Source of the DNA: Chiloscyllium plagiosum | Taxonomy: Eukaryota | DNA: 64,000 nt | Direction: 5' to 3' | NCBI RefSeq assembly: GCF_004010195.1 | Contig: NC_057749.1 | Span: forward strand, 15,796,549-15,860,548 | Shown: positions 1 through 10,627 of the stretch, in pieces | Numbering within the stretch: the stretch's first letter is position 1 | Layout: the number at the start of each line of letters is the position of its first letter | Translations under genes and position numbers: made by a program | Notes under the pieces: generated by a model | What the model was told of the DNA's origin: nothing | Seen by the model: only the letters and a program-made list of their open reading frames with translations | Databases searched by the model: none

Positions 1-412
1 CATCCATGTACAGGGAGGTCTTAACCTGCAGGCCCCTGCTGCCAGGAATAGTCACCCCTCTCAGGCTCGCATCCTTCCTGATGGACTTGGCAAATGGTTC
101 TATGCAGCACACAAACAAGGCAGGAGAGAGGGGGCAGCCCTGCCTGACTCCAGATGACTGGGAAGCTATCTGATTCCCACCCGTTGATTGAGACTACACT
201 GACAATGTTGGTGTAGAGCAGTCTGATCCAATTGCAGATTCCCTCCCCAAAGCCCATTTTGGAGAGAACATCTCTCATATACCTGTGTGATATCCTGTCA
301 AAGGCTTTCTCCTGGTCCAGGCTGATCAGGCAGGTGTCCAACCCTCTGTCCTGCACGTAGGCGATCGTATCCCTGAGGAGTGCGAGACTGTCAGTGATCT
401 TCCTGCCCGGCA
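1..412 (-). mobile_element. Tx1/L1-clade LINE ORF2 reverse transcriptase fragment (frameshifted)
   Basis: ORF 21..506(-) contains PGRKITDSLALLRD..LISLDQEKAFDRISH..WIRLLY..SINGWES; after a frameshift it continues GVRQGCPLSPALFVCCIEP..SLYMD. Confidence 0.9.
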
Positions 413-682
413 GATGCAGATGCTGAAGGCAGTGAAACAATCTACTTCCACTGCTCCCAATCTGTCTGCTTGATGTAATTACCGGACAGAAAGGAGCTTT
501 TGTCATTTCTTTGCTGCAATTAAGTAATTATAGCAACACAGTGTTTATCCCGATCTGCAGCTGCGGTCGTCAGGTTCCAGAACTATTAATCTAGAGGAGC
601 TGGGCACAAAACATACCAGGAATCCAATTCAGCAAAGGAGTAGTGTTTTTGTTTAAAAAAACATTAACTGTATCAATGAGAC

Positions 683-966
683 TTGTCCTACCTGCCTATC
701 TCCTTTTCCACCTATCCACTCCCTGACCTATCACCTTCAACCCCTCCCCCACTCACCCATTGTACTTGATGCTACTCTCTCCCCACCCCCACCCTCCTCT
801 AGCTTATCTCTCCACGCTTCAGGCTCACTGCCTTTATTCCTGATGAAGGGCTTTTGCCCGAAACGTCGATTTCGAAGTTCCTTGGATGCTGTCTGAACTG
901 CTGTGCTCTTCCAGCACCACTAATCCAGAATCTGGTTTCCAGCATCTGCAGTCATTGTTTTTACCA
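683..966 (+). mobile_element. Penelope-like short element / pLTR fragment with hammerhead motif
   Basis: Pyrimidine-rich body, then the CTGATGA..GAAA core and a GGATGCTG..CCAGCATCTGCAGTC tail shared with copies at 3261, 24831, 29530 and 35231. Confidence 0.75.
836..871 (+). ncRNA. Minimal type I hammerhead ribozyme motif
   Basis: CTGATGA(840-846)-A-GGGC TTTT GCCC (stem II)-GAAA(860-863)-CGTC, with a GUC cleavage triplet at 865-867; stem I is weak. Confidence 0.65.
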
Positions 967-1128
967 CCTGAGGAGGGAAGGCGAGCATCTTTACCTAGTC
1001 TGGGCCAATATGTGGCTCCAGATCTGCACCTATGGGATTGCCTTATGCAGTAAGATTTGCAGCAGAGGCAATAAATGGTGGCCTTGCTAACTCTATCCCT
1101 AGCCATTTGTTTCTTTTTTTTAATTGCT

Positions 1129-1745
1129 TCATAGGAACAGGCAGGAATAGGCCATTCGGTCCCTCAACCCAATTCTATCAGATTATGGCTGATCAACTTC
1201 CATATTCCCTTCTGAAATAACTCCACAGAGGCAGGTCACCAAGGCACCCTTTATTTACACTTGAAGAGTATTTGACACTGATCTAGTTCCCTCCGAGCCA
1301 GCTCTGAGTGAACAAGACCCCAGAAACTCCTGTTTATCTCTGTCAGCCAGGGCTCCTGAATTGGACCAGATTAACAGCCCCAATCAGGGAACTCATTCTA
1401 TAAAGTCCACCTGGCTGACCCCGTTACAATCACTACACGTTCTATCCCTGACAACCTCTCATTTCCAAAGAGAATCTATCCAATACCCAATGATCAAACC
1501 TCCACTGTCTTCTGAGGCAGAGATGCACAATCCTCAGAACAAAAAACTCTTCCACTCTGTGCAAAAACGGCCTTTCCTAATTATTAATTAATTAATTGGA
1601 CATTATTTAATTATTAAATCCTTTGCTTCTGGACTCACACACTAAATGAAACATCCTTTCCACACCCACCTTGTCCAGACCATTCGGGATCTCACACACT
1701 TCAATCAATTCACTCTGCTAAACTCTGTCCAGTCTGTGCAACCAT
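1129..1745 (-). mobile_element. Decayed CR1/HER1 LINE 3' fragment, interrupted by a solo LTR
   Basis: ATAGGCCATTCGGTCCCTC 3'UTR motif (reverse) followed by a degenerate RT C-terminus. Confidence 0.6.
1213..1437 (-). mobile_element. Solo LTR (225 bp, Gypsy-like)
   Basis: TG...CA termini; flanking CCTTC (1208-1212) and CGTTC (1438-1442) form a 5-bp TSD with 1 mismatch; AATAAA on the minus strand near 1250. Confidence 0.7.
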
Positions 1746-1989
1746 TCCAGAGAATGTTCGTGTCGAGCCCCACCCCCACCTCCCAGAGAACAGCAAGGCG
1801 ATGTGAGCCTCTGAGAGTGTGAGCTGTCCTGTAATGACTCAGTCACAGCCCCATGCTGTCTCTGGACCCCCTCTTGTTCTGCATATTATCAAAACAGAAT
1901 TGATGAGAATCAGCTGACTTTTTGTAAAGGGTTATTTCCTGTCAGGGTGTTTTGGTTTAGCAACATATTCGGTGGACAATCTCATCCAG

Positions 1990-2355
1990 ACATTGTACTC
2001 GCTGACCAGGGGACCCCAGTCTGATAGTGCCTCAATTTTAAAATTTTCATCTTTATTTTCCAATCCTTTCATGGTCCCCGACCCCTCTGTGGCTCTGTGA
2101 CATCCTCCAGCTTCGCAGCCCCCTCATTCTGAGATCACCCCCTGATTACCATCGCTCTGCCAATGGCGACCTTCAGCTGCCTAGGTCCCAAGCTCCGGAA
2201 TTCCGAATCTCTCTCTCTCACACTCCTCCTTTTAAGGTGCTCCATAAATCGACCTTTGGTCATCAGCCCTAATACCTCCACGTTTTAACTGAAAACACTC
2301 CCTGTGTTAGTGTACCGCATTGGCGCTGCTATATAAATGTAGTGGTTGTTATTGA
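1990..2355 (+). mobile_element. L2-like LINE 3' end
   Basis: CCTTCAGCTGCCTAGGTCCCAAGCTCCGGAATTCC and the tail GCTATATAAATGTAGTGGTTGTT; related copies near 13900, 22000, 33720 and 57470. Confidence 0.55.
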
Positions 2356-2517
2356 ATCTACTGACTGAATGTTCGCATTCAGTTCCGGGCTCCCTCTGCT
2401 GGCTGTCCTTGTGATTACACAGTTTGATCCCGCACTGTCTCCCTGCAATGCTGTATCCTCCCCCCATTCAGGCACACCTTAAACATAGCAATGCCCCCCG
2501 GAGTGTGTCAACTAAAG

Positions 2518-3180
2518 AAAAGAAAGGCTTGCATTTATATAGCACCATTCCCAGCTGCAGGGCATTCCAAGTGCTTTGCAGCCGATGGTGTGCCTTTTGA
2601 AGTGTGATCAAAAAAAAGGGGAAAAAAAAGACCAGTGGCTCAGTGGTTAGCACTGCTGCCGCACAGTGCCAGGGTCCCAGGTTCGATTCCAGCCTTGGGC
2701 GTCTGTTTGCACATCCTCCCCGTATCTGCGTGGGTTTCCTCCCACAGTCCAAAGATGTGCTGGCCATGCTAAATTGCCCGTAGTGTTAGGTGCATTAGTC
2801 AGAGGGAAATGGGTCTGGGTCTGGACTTGGACTTGGACTTCCGGAGGGGGTCTGGGTCTGGACTTGGACTTGGACTTCCGGAGGGCCTGTTTCCACACTG
2901 TAGAGAATGTAATCTAAAAGTGTGACATCCAATGTGTGCACAGCAAGATCCCACAGGTAACCTGGTTTAATTGAAGGATAAATATTGATCACGACACCAG
3001 ATCGAACTCAATTACTCCGTTGGGATCGCTTTCTGTAGTCCTCTCCCTGAGCAGGCAGATAGAGTCTCAATGTAGTGTTCCATCCGAAAGTTGGCATTTC
3101 CTTGACTGCGCTGTCAGCTGGGATTTTGTGTTCAAAGTGGCATTATAAAGTCACTTCCTTCTGTCTAAGCAGCGAGATAA
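2518..3180 (-). mobile_element. Deu-domain SINE (SacSINE1-like) remnant, interrupted by an HE1 SINE
   Basis: Reverse tail GGCTTGCATTTATATAGCACC, CAGCAAGATCCCACA, and CATCCGAAAG..GCA core motifs. Confidence 0.55.
2635..2917 (+). mobile_element. HE1-type tRNA-derived SINE with an internal 37-bp tandem duplication
   Basis: A box GTGGCTCAGTGG, B box GGTTCGATTCC, HE1 body; 2811-2847 repeated at 2848-2884. Confidence 0.9.
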
Positions 3181-3260
3181 GATCCAGGAAGATTTGGCCA
3201 AGGTTTGCCTGTGTGATTGAGTCAACGCTCGCTCAAGATAGTGACTCAGCATAAATAAAC

Positions 3261-3451
3261 CAGGAGAAAGTGAGGGCTGCAGATGCTGGAAATCAGAGCT
3301 GAAAATGTGTTGCTGGAAAAGTGCAGCAGGTCAGGCAGCATCCAGGGAAAAGGAGAATCGACGTTTCGGGCATGAGCCCTTCTTCAGGAATGAGGAAAGT
3401 GTGCCAAGCAGGCTAAGATAAAAGGTAGGGAGGAGGGGCGTTGGAAATGCG
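3261..3451 (-). mobile_element. Penelope-like short element with hammerhead motif (3360-3387, minus)
   Basis: Reverse complement reads CTGAAGA-A-GGGC TCAT GCCC-GAAA-CGTC; TSD ATAAATAAAC at 3251-3260 and 3452-3461. Confidence 0.8.
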
Positions 3452-3915
3452 ATAAATAAACTAGGATAAATAAACACTGATGTCAGTGGGAATGCAGTTT
3501 TTGGTAGAGGATGATATTAAAGAGGTAAACGCTTGGCCAGCTCTGTGAGAGAACACGCAGTCAGTTGGACAGGAGACACTGCTGCAGCATGACTGAGCGT
3601 TTCCTCCCTGGTCAGCGAGCGGTGCCAGTGTCAAGGGCATTTGCCACAGAAGAGAAAAAGCTGCTGTTGGTGTCGGGTCGATCAGCTGATGCTGGATCGA
3701 TGACTGCCCTTGGTACTTGGGATACTCCTGATTCGCAATTTGACTGCTGCAGGGAGCAAGAGGTCTATAACTGACAGCTACCAACATAGCTAATGCCTTA
3801 CACCCACCCCTCTGCCACACTTTTATTCCTGTTTCTGGACAATCCCTCCCACACAACCCACCACCCCAAACATCCAACAGGGAGTGGTGTCAAAGCGATT
3901 CACAGCCAACTGTCT

Positions 3916-4031
3916 GGAAGCAAAAAATGCTGGAAATCACAGCAGGTCAGGTAGTATCAGCAGATCTGCTGTGATTTCCAGAATTTGTTGTTTTCAATAC
4001 ACGTTCCTGCGTCTGCAGTAATTTGCTCCTA
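3916..4031. mobile_element. Inverted pair of Penelope-like tails (ribozyme core lost)
   Basis: CTGGAAATCACAGCAG / CTGCTGTGATTTCCAG inverted arms; tail CTGCAGTAATTTGCT. Confidence 0.6.
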
Positions 4032-4921
4032 GTCAATTGTCTAGCTGTCAGCTTTTGTTCAAGAGATTTAGTATACGACAGCATACTGTAATATTACTGG
4101 ATGAATAATCTAAAGCTTTGAAGATATGAAATCAAACCCCCACACGGCAGCTTGTCGAATTTGAAGTTGGTTAATTAATAAGCCTGGAATTAACACTGGT
4201 CTTGTGAGTAATATTTACCAGATTATTACAGAAGGCTGATTCACTAATGTCAATCGGGGGAGGAAATCTGGTCTCATTACCTTTCTGATTGATGTACAGC
4301 GTGGAGACAGACCCTTCGCTCCATCCTAAATTAATCAAGTCCTGTTTGCCAACACTTGGCCCATATCCCTCTAAACCCCTCCTCGTCACACTCAACCAGC
4401 TCAGAAATGGCCAAGTGAGCCAATGCAACTCAGGGCAATAAGGGACTGATATCAAATACCAGCACTCAAGACTGAACAGTGAGGAAAGCGTGGTCAAGGA
4501 CAGGAATCCTCCCTGTGTCTCCCAGCTCCAGACCCACACAGTCACAGCCCCCAACACTTCCCTCCCTCCCTCCCTCCATCTACCCGCGGGTAAGGTGGTG
4601 GCCCGGCTGCTGTTAGAGACACGGCTGCTCACAGCTCTATCTTCAGTTGGCCAGATGTGGCAAATGGCTCAATGATTCAGCAATGGTGGTTAGGGTTTTG
4701 GGAATTTTGTTTTTTTTTGGGGGGGGTTAGGGTTAAGGTGGGTGCTGAATTTTCTTGGAGTGCTGCAGTTGTGCTGGTGTAGACAATCGCGGCAGCCACT
4801 TAAACACAGCAAGATCCCAGAAAACCCAAGGCACCAAAAAGGCCGAGCCGATTTACAACTGACATTGAGGGGAAGTTAGAGGGGGCTGACCCAACAGTGC
4901 GGCACTCCAGCAACAAGTCAC

Positions 4922-5160
4922 CGTGTCCCAGTGGTTAGCACTGCTACCTCACAGCCCCAGGGATCCGGGTTCCAACCCCTCCTCGGGTGACTGTAGGAGG
5001 TTGGTCATTTTCCCCTGCTCAAAGATGTGCGGGTTAGGATGGATTGGCCATGGGGGGATTGCCCCATACTGTAGGAAGTGGAGTGCTCTGAGTGGGATAC
5101 CCTTCAGGGGCCTATTGCAGTCTCGATGGGCTGAATGTCCTCTTGCTGCCCTCTCGGGAT
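4922..5160 (+). mobile_element. Degenerate HE1-type SINE
   Basis: CAGTGGTTAGCACTGCTACCTCACAGC..GGATCCGGGTTCC head and a CR1-like tail. Confidence 0.75.
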
Positions 5161-5267
5161 CAGTGATTACCGACCACTGTTTAGTGGTTGCAGAGTGATG
5201 TCTTTCTAACTGAGGAGCGAGTAACTGACTGTCTGTCTCTTCCCCCTCCCCTCCTCTCCCCAAACAG

Positions 5268-5369
5268 GACTCCGATCCTGGGATGTCGATCTCACGTCGT
5301 TCAACCTCGACCAGCAGCTGCGGCTTTTTGTGACCAGGCATTCGGCCCAGTTCTCCGCTGAAATCAGAG
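5268..5369 (+). CDS. MCF2L2: Internal coding exon (phase 1-1, 102 nt), probably the N-terminal extension of a Dbl-family Rho GEF long isoform (MCF2/MCF2L/MCF2L2; paralog uncertain)
   Basis: Long polypyrimidine tract plus CAG acceptor (AG 5266-5267), branch-like CTGAC at 5225, donor AG|GTAAGG, CpG-rich open frame (G)LRSWDVDLTSFNLDQQLRLFVTRHSAQFSAEIR. Exon structure is seen directly. Family is recalled from the GLRSWD..LDxxLxLFxxRHSAxFS motif that precedes DEIM in MCF2L-family long isoforms; not verified by search. Confidence 0.6.
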
Positions 5370-5676
5370 GTAAGGCCCCCTAGCCCCCTCCAGCCCTGGC
5401 TGAACGCAGTCCTTAAGCCGGAACCCGAGCCCCTGGCTCACCAGAGTAAGTGGTTTGCAATGGAACCCCCCCCCCCCCCCGCCAAAACCTGGCTCGTCAG
5501 AACCTTCCCTACACTTCTTTCCTACACACACACTGTGGGACTGTCAGCATCAAACCGCACCTTCGACAGAGTCTGGAATTAATGTTTTTTTTTATATAAA
5601 TGCTAATTCTGAGATTTTATTTTAAATACATGTAGAATTAATGCCAGGCTTGCTTCAAGATTAAGGTTACGTGGTT

Positions 5677-5690
5677 GTCGTCATAGCAAC
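5677..5690. promoter_or_regulatory. RFX X-box motif (candidate)
   Basis: GTCGTC-AT-AGCAAC matches GTHNYY-AT-RRNAAC; it sits within the inverted repeat TTGTCGT/ACGACAA (5675-5695). Confidence 0.5.
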
Positions 5691-5912
5691 GACAATTTTA
5701 AAGATTTTCAGAATCTCTTCCTGAAATACGTTGTCAAATGTGTTGGTGTGAAATCCCTCTGAGTGTGATCCTGAAACAGTGTTAACCTATTTCTGTTTTA
5801 AAAGGGTAATATTCCTTCTGCAGGTAAGAGCATGGTTGGCTAGGGCTGCATTGATTGTCCAGCCCTAATTGCCCGTGGAGGAGGTGACTGTGAGCTGCTT
5901 TCTTGAATCATT

Positions 5913-6141
5913 GGTAAGAATAACAGGAAGGCAGAGTACTGGGTCAATGGAAAGATTCTTGGTAGTGTGGAGTCCATGTACATAGATCCCTGAAAGTTGC
6001 CACCCAGGTTGATAGTGCTGTTAAGAAGGCATACGGTGTGTTAGGTTTTATTGGTAGAGGGATTGAGTTCCGGAGCCGCAATATCATGCTGCAACTATAC
6101 AAAAATGCTAGTGCGGCCACACTTGGAATATTGTGTACAGT
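5913..6141 (+). mobile_element. CR1/HER1 LINE RT fragment, locally inverted
   Basis: [49 protein letters not shown]. Confidence 0.85.
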
Positions 6142-6843
6142 CCCTACACCCCAAGGAATGCATCACCTCACATTTAGCTATACTGAACTCTATTTGCCAC
6201 CTCTCAGCCCAATTCTGCAGTTTATCCAAGTCCCCCTGCAACCTGTAACATTTTTCCAAATTGTCCATTACTTCACCGACTTTAGTGTCGTCTGCAAATT
6301 TACTAATCCATCCACCTATGCCTGTGTCTAACTTACAAACATGACAAACAGCAGTGGTCCCAAAACAGATTCTTGTGGCACACCACGAGTAACCGGGCTC
6401 CATGCTGAATATTTTCCATCAACCACCACTCGCTCCAAAAGAGAAAATGCTGGAAAATCTCAGCAGGTCTGGCAGCATCTGTAAGGAGAGAAAAGAGCTG
6501 CAACTATACAAAACACTAGTGCAGCCACACTTGGAATATTGTGTACAGTCCTTACACCCCATCTCCTTACAGATGCTGCCAGACCTGCTGAGATTTTCCA
6601 GCATTTTCTCTTTTGGTTTCAGATTACGGCATCCGCAGTAATTTGCTTTTAACTACCACTCGCTGCCTTCTTTCAGAAAGCCAGTTTCTAATCCAAACTG
6701 CAAAATCAACCTCAATCCCATGCCTCTGCATTTTCTCCAACAGCTTATCATGTGGAACCTTATCAAAGCCTTACTGAAGTTCATGTACACCACGTCAACT
6801 GCCCTACCCTCATCTACATGCTTGGTCACCTTCTCAAAAAACA
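6142..6843 (-). mobile_element. CR1/HER1 LINE RT fragment, interrupted at 6435-6650
   Basis: FFEKVTKHVDEGRAVDVVYMNFSKA..ISKFADDTKVG..LQGDLDKLQNWAERWQIEF..KCEVMH. Confidence 0.9.
6435..6650. mobile_element. Palindromic Penelope-like insertion with captured local DNA
   Basis: Perfect 55-bp inverted arms 6435-6489 and 6562-6616; TSD AACCACCACTCGCT/AACTACCACTCGCT (6421-6434, 6651-6664). Confidence 0.8.
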
Positions 6844-7149
6844 ACCTTTGATTTCATCTTTGAATATTAATAATTATTTAAAAAATACTGACAGGCAATA
6901 AGGGAGCATGTTTCTGTTTGAATGCCTCTCTGCATTTTTTCCAGCATCCCCAAGATTATTATTTAATTCTTGGAAATTCCAGTGGCAGATTGGTAATTTT
7001 TATATTTCTGTGGGTTTTAAATCACACCTTGTAGACTTGACAATGGAAGGAGTCTCCCTTAACTTGACTGAGGACTGTCAACAACTTTCTGGCTTTGTGT
7101 CTATGCTAATTGGCCCAGCAATACAGCAGTAATGGATTGGTATGGATAC

Positions 7150-8055
7150 AGCTGGTATGGATTGAGGATTGGCTGCCTGACAGAAGGCAGAGAGTTGGGA
7201 TAAAAGGTTCTTTTTCGGAATGGCAGCCGGTGACAAGCGGTGTCCCGTAGGGTTCAGTGTTGGGGCCGCAGCTGTTCACGTTATATATTAATGATCTGGA
7301 TGAAGGGACTGGAGGCATTCTAATGAAGTTTGCCGATGATACGAAGTTAGGTGGACAGGCAGGTAGTACTGAGGAAGTGGAGAGGCTGCAGAAGGAACTA
7401 GACAGTTTGGAGGAGTGGTCCAGGAAATGGCTGATGGAATTCAATGTGAGCAAATGCGAGGTCTTGCACTTTGGAANNNNNNNNNNNNNNNNNNNNNNNN
7501 NNNNNNNNNGAGACTTTATAAAGTTCTGGTTAGGCCCCATTTGGAGTACTGTGTCCAGTTTTGGGCCCCACACCTCAGGAGGGACGTACTGGCACTGGAG
7601 CGTGTCCAGCAGAGATTCACACGTATGATCCCTGGAATGGTAGGTCTAACATACGAGGAACGGCTGAGGATGCTGGGATTGTATTCATTGGAGTTTAGAA
7701 GATTAAGGGGTGGACGCTAGGAAATTGTTTCCGTTAGGCGAGGAGACTAGGACCCGTGGACACAGCCTTAGAATTAGAGGGGGTAAATTCAGAACAGAAA
7801 CGCGGAGACATTTCTTCAGCCAGAGAGTGGTGGGCCTGTGGAATTCATTGCCGCAGAGTGCAGTGGAGGCCGGGACGCTAAATGTCTTCAAGGCAGAGAT
7901 TGATAAATTCTTGATGTCACAAGGAATTAAGGGCTACTGGGAGAATGCGGGTAAGTGGAGTTGAAATGCCCATCAGCTATGATTGAATGGCAGAGTGGAC
8001 TCGATGGGCCGAATGGCCTTACTTCCACTCCCATGTCTATGGTCTTATGGTCTAA
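7150..8055 (+). mobile_element. CR1/HER1 LINE 3' part (RT to 3'UTR), with N gap and internal deletion
   Basis: [56 protein letters not shown]; tail CTATGGTCTTATGGTCT. Confidence 0.92.
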
Positions 8056-8739
8056 TGTCAGCCTGGTCTCTCTCTGGTTGAGCGGGCAAGATGCAACAAG
8101 ACAAGGTGATGGAAGGCAGAGAAGCTGGGAGCATCTGGGTAGGTTTAAGAGTGAGTGAGAACTATGAGAGCGAGTGAGCAGTGCGGCACACCTCATGAGC
8201 TGGGTGCGTGTGTCCCTGAGCACACTGTGTCCTTGCGACAGTGTTTCAGTTAGAGTCCCCAAAGGGCAGCCTGAGGTACAGCACTGAAGGGTACTGTAAG
8301 GGGATTGGAGATGTGCCATGAGGGGTCTATATTGGCTGCTAATGTTGATGGATGTGGGGTGTGTTCCCTGAAACATGGTGCCTGGTGTCCAACACAGAGG
8401 TCCTTTGGAGTAAGCAGCAAGCTGCGGTCCCCAGGTACCTGATGAACATTGAGAATTTTATTGGGCTGTGGCTGTAGGATAGGAAACTGCACATTATTAG
8501 AATGAGATTTGTTGTCAATAAGGTCACTGACAAGCAATAATCCCTCTTCATCAGACAGCTTGTTGCCCCCTAGATAGAATTTTGGCTCAACACCTGGACC
8601 TTAGTTAAAAGATGTGATGTGTTGTTCCCCACACTGGGATAGTCCTCACTCGACTCAATGCCTCATTTTGCCACATATCTCACCATAGCACACATTGTTC
8701 AGGCTCTTAAGTTTTCACCCATTGCAAATAGGTTTCTTT

Positions 8740-9122
8740 TTAATCATTCGTACGACATGGGCATCACTGACTGGGCTAGCATTTATTACCTATCCCTAAT
8801 TGCCTCTTGAGGAGGTGGGGGTGAGCTGCAGTCCATTGCTATAGGTTGATCCAAAGTGCCCTTTGGAAGGGGATTTCAGGACTTTAACTCAGTGACAATT
8901 AAAGAATGGTGATATATTTGCTAATCAGGGCGGAGAGTGTTTTGGACAGGAGCTTGTGAGGGGTGGTGTTCCCATGTATCTGCTGCCCCTGTCCTTTGAG
9001 ATGGAAATGTTTGTGGGGTTGGAAGATGTTGTCGAAGGAGCCTTGGTGAGTTACTATAGAACATTTGTAGACGGTGCACACTGCTACTACTGAGCATCAA
9101 CAGTGGAGGGTATGAATGTTTA
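8740..9122 (-). mobile_element. Decayed LINE 3' end (second CR1-group family)
   Basis: Tail GGGCATCACTGACTGGGCTAGCATTTATT..CCCTAATTGCC; related pieces near 11270, 44880, 55490 and 63170. Confidence 0.55.
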
Positions 9123-9657
9123 ATACAATTATTTTACATTACAATATGTATGCATGTCAAATGAACAGTCTGGTTTTTAAAATACAGTTTCCAATCTCTC
9201 CGTTTATTGTAGTTGGACGGCCTTAGCCACTAAACCCTCTCCAATGAGCTTTGCGGTCGCTGTCTCAGTCCAGTTGCTCAGTGTGTAGTTCTGGAGTTTG
9301 GGGTGTCTGCAACTCTGTACACCCTCTGAATTCTGTTCAAATTCTCCATCAACTCTAGGAGCCCTGGTCACATTCTGATAAACCCTGTGTTGTATCTGTA
9401 CATTTGCTCAGATGTAGTGATCACAATTGTACACAATATCTGGATGTGGTCAATTCAGGATATTGAATTGGCTGTCACAAAACTGGCTCCTGACGTAGAA
9501 ATATCCAGTTGCGATTCACATAATGGCTATTAATATAGTCTCCTGTAGGGGGTGCTGCTAGCCATTTATTTAAGGACCTGGTCCCTCACCATTTACACTG
9601 ATTCAATGATTTAAAGCTTATTTGCTTGCATTTCCATCTCTGCCTTTACAAATATTA

Positions 9658-10155
9658 GATTTGATTTATTGTTGTCACATGTACCTAAGTACAGTGAAAT
9701 GTTTTGGTTTGTGCGCAGTATAGACAGATTATACCATGCAAGGACATACCGATGACAGGGCGATTGAGCAAAACAAAGCATAGAAGGTTACGGCTGCACA
9801 GGAAGTGTACAAAAACAAGGTCAACATTATATTTTAAATTTATTAGATTTCTGAATGGAGTTCTCTAACAGTGGGGAATAAACTGTTCTTGAATCTTGAA
9901 ACATGTGCTTGAGCTTTTGTATCTTGCGTCTGACAGAAGAGGTTGGAAGAGATTATAACCGAGTTGGGAGGAGTCTTTGATGCAGGCTGCCTTTCTGTGG
10001 CAACAAGAGCTGTAAATGGATGGGAGGTCGGTTTCCGTGATGGTCTGGGCTGTGTTCACAACTTCCTGTAGTTTCTTACAGTCCTGGGCAAAGCAGTTGC
10101 CGTACAAAGCCATGATGCATCCGGATAGACTGCTTTCTATGGTGCATCTGTAAAT
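9658..10155 (-). mobile_element. Rex1/Babar LINE 3' end
   Basis: YRCTIESSLSGCIMALYGNCFAQDCKKLQEVVNTAQTI..SQLGYNLFQPLLSDARY; 3'UTR with AATAAA and an (AAATC)n tail. Confidence 0.85.
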
Positions 10156-10627
10156 CCCTCAGAATGTGCGGGGACCTCTCATTGTTTCAATATGCCACTT
10201 TCTTGTCATGACCTGAGGCTCCTGTCAGATTTTGTCAGTAACATCGCAATGCTTCGATCTCAATTATGTTTGCCTGTTTTCTCCTGTCATAAACAGTCCC
10301 TTCTCACCACCTCATGATGGAACCTATGAGAATGTGTAGGGACAAGTGTTTAATGTGGACATGTATTCATCATTAACACAGACCAATCAAATAGTCCTCA
10401 CAAGAATTTAAGGCAGCCTGTTGTTTCAAACTATCTTTTTACCAATTAGTCCATGCACGAGGTCTCTGACTGCCACAGCTTGTGTCTCAGCAGCATTTTA
10501 GCTGATCAGACTCTAATCTAGACTGATGTGACCACTCAACCTGGCTTAACCTCTGAACCTGACCCAACCAGACAGGGTCACAGGTGAGCTGACTGTTGAC
10601 TGGCAGAAGCCGGTGCCCCAGATTTGC

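Noticed and set aside
4490..4595. Possible upstream exon ending GCGG|GTAAGG in phase 1
   Set aside because: Low-complexity peptide, no convincing acceptor and no recognisable homology.
8250..8530. Possible decayed Tx1 ORF1 (minus strand)
   Set aside because: Similarity is too faint to call without an alignment.
9538..9558. Second CTCF-like motif CCTGTAGGGGGTGCTG
   Set aside because: Only a partial match with no other support.
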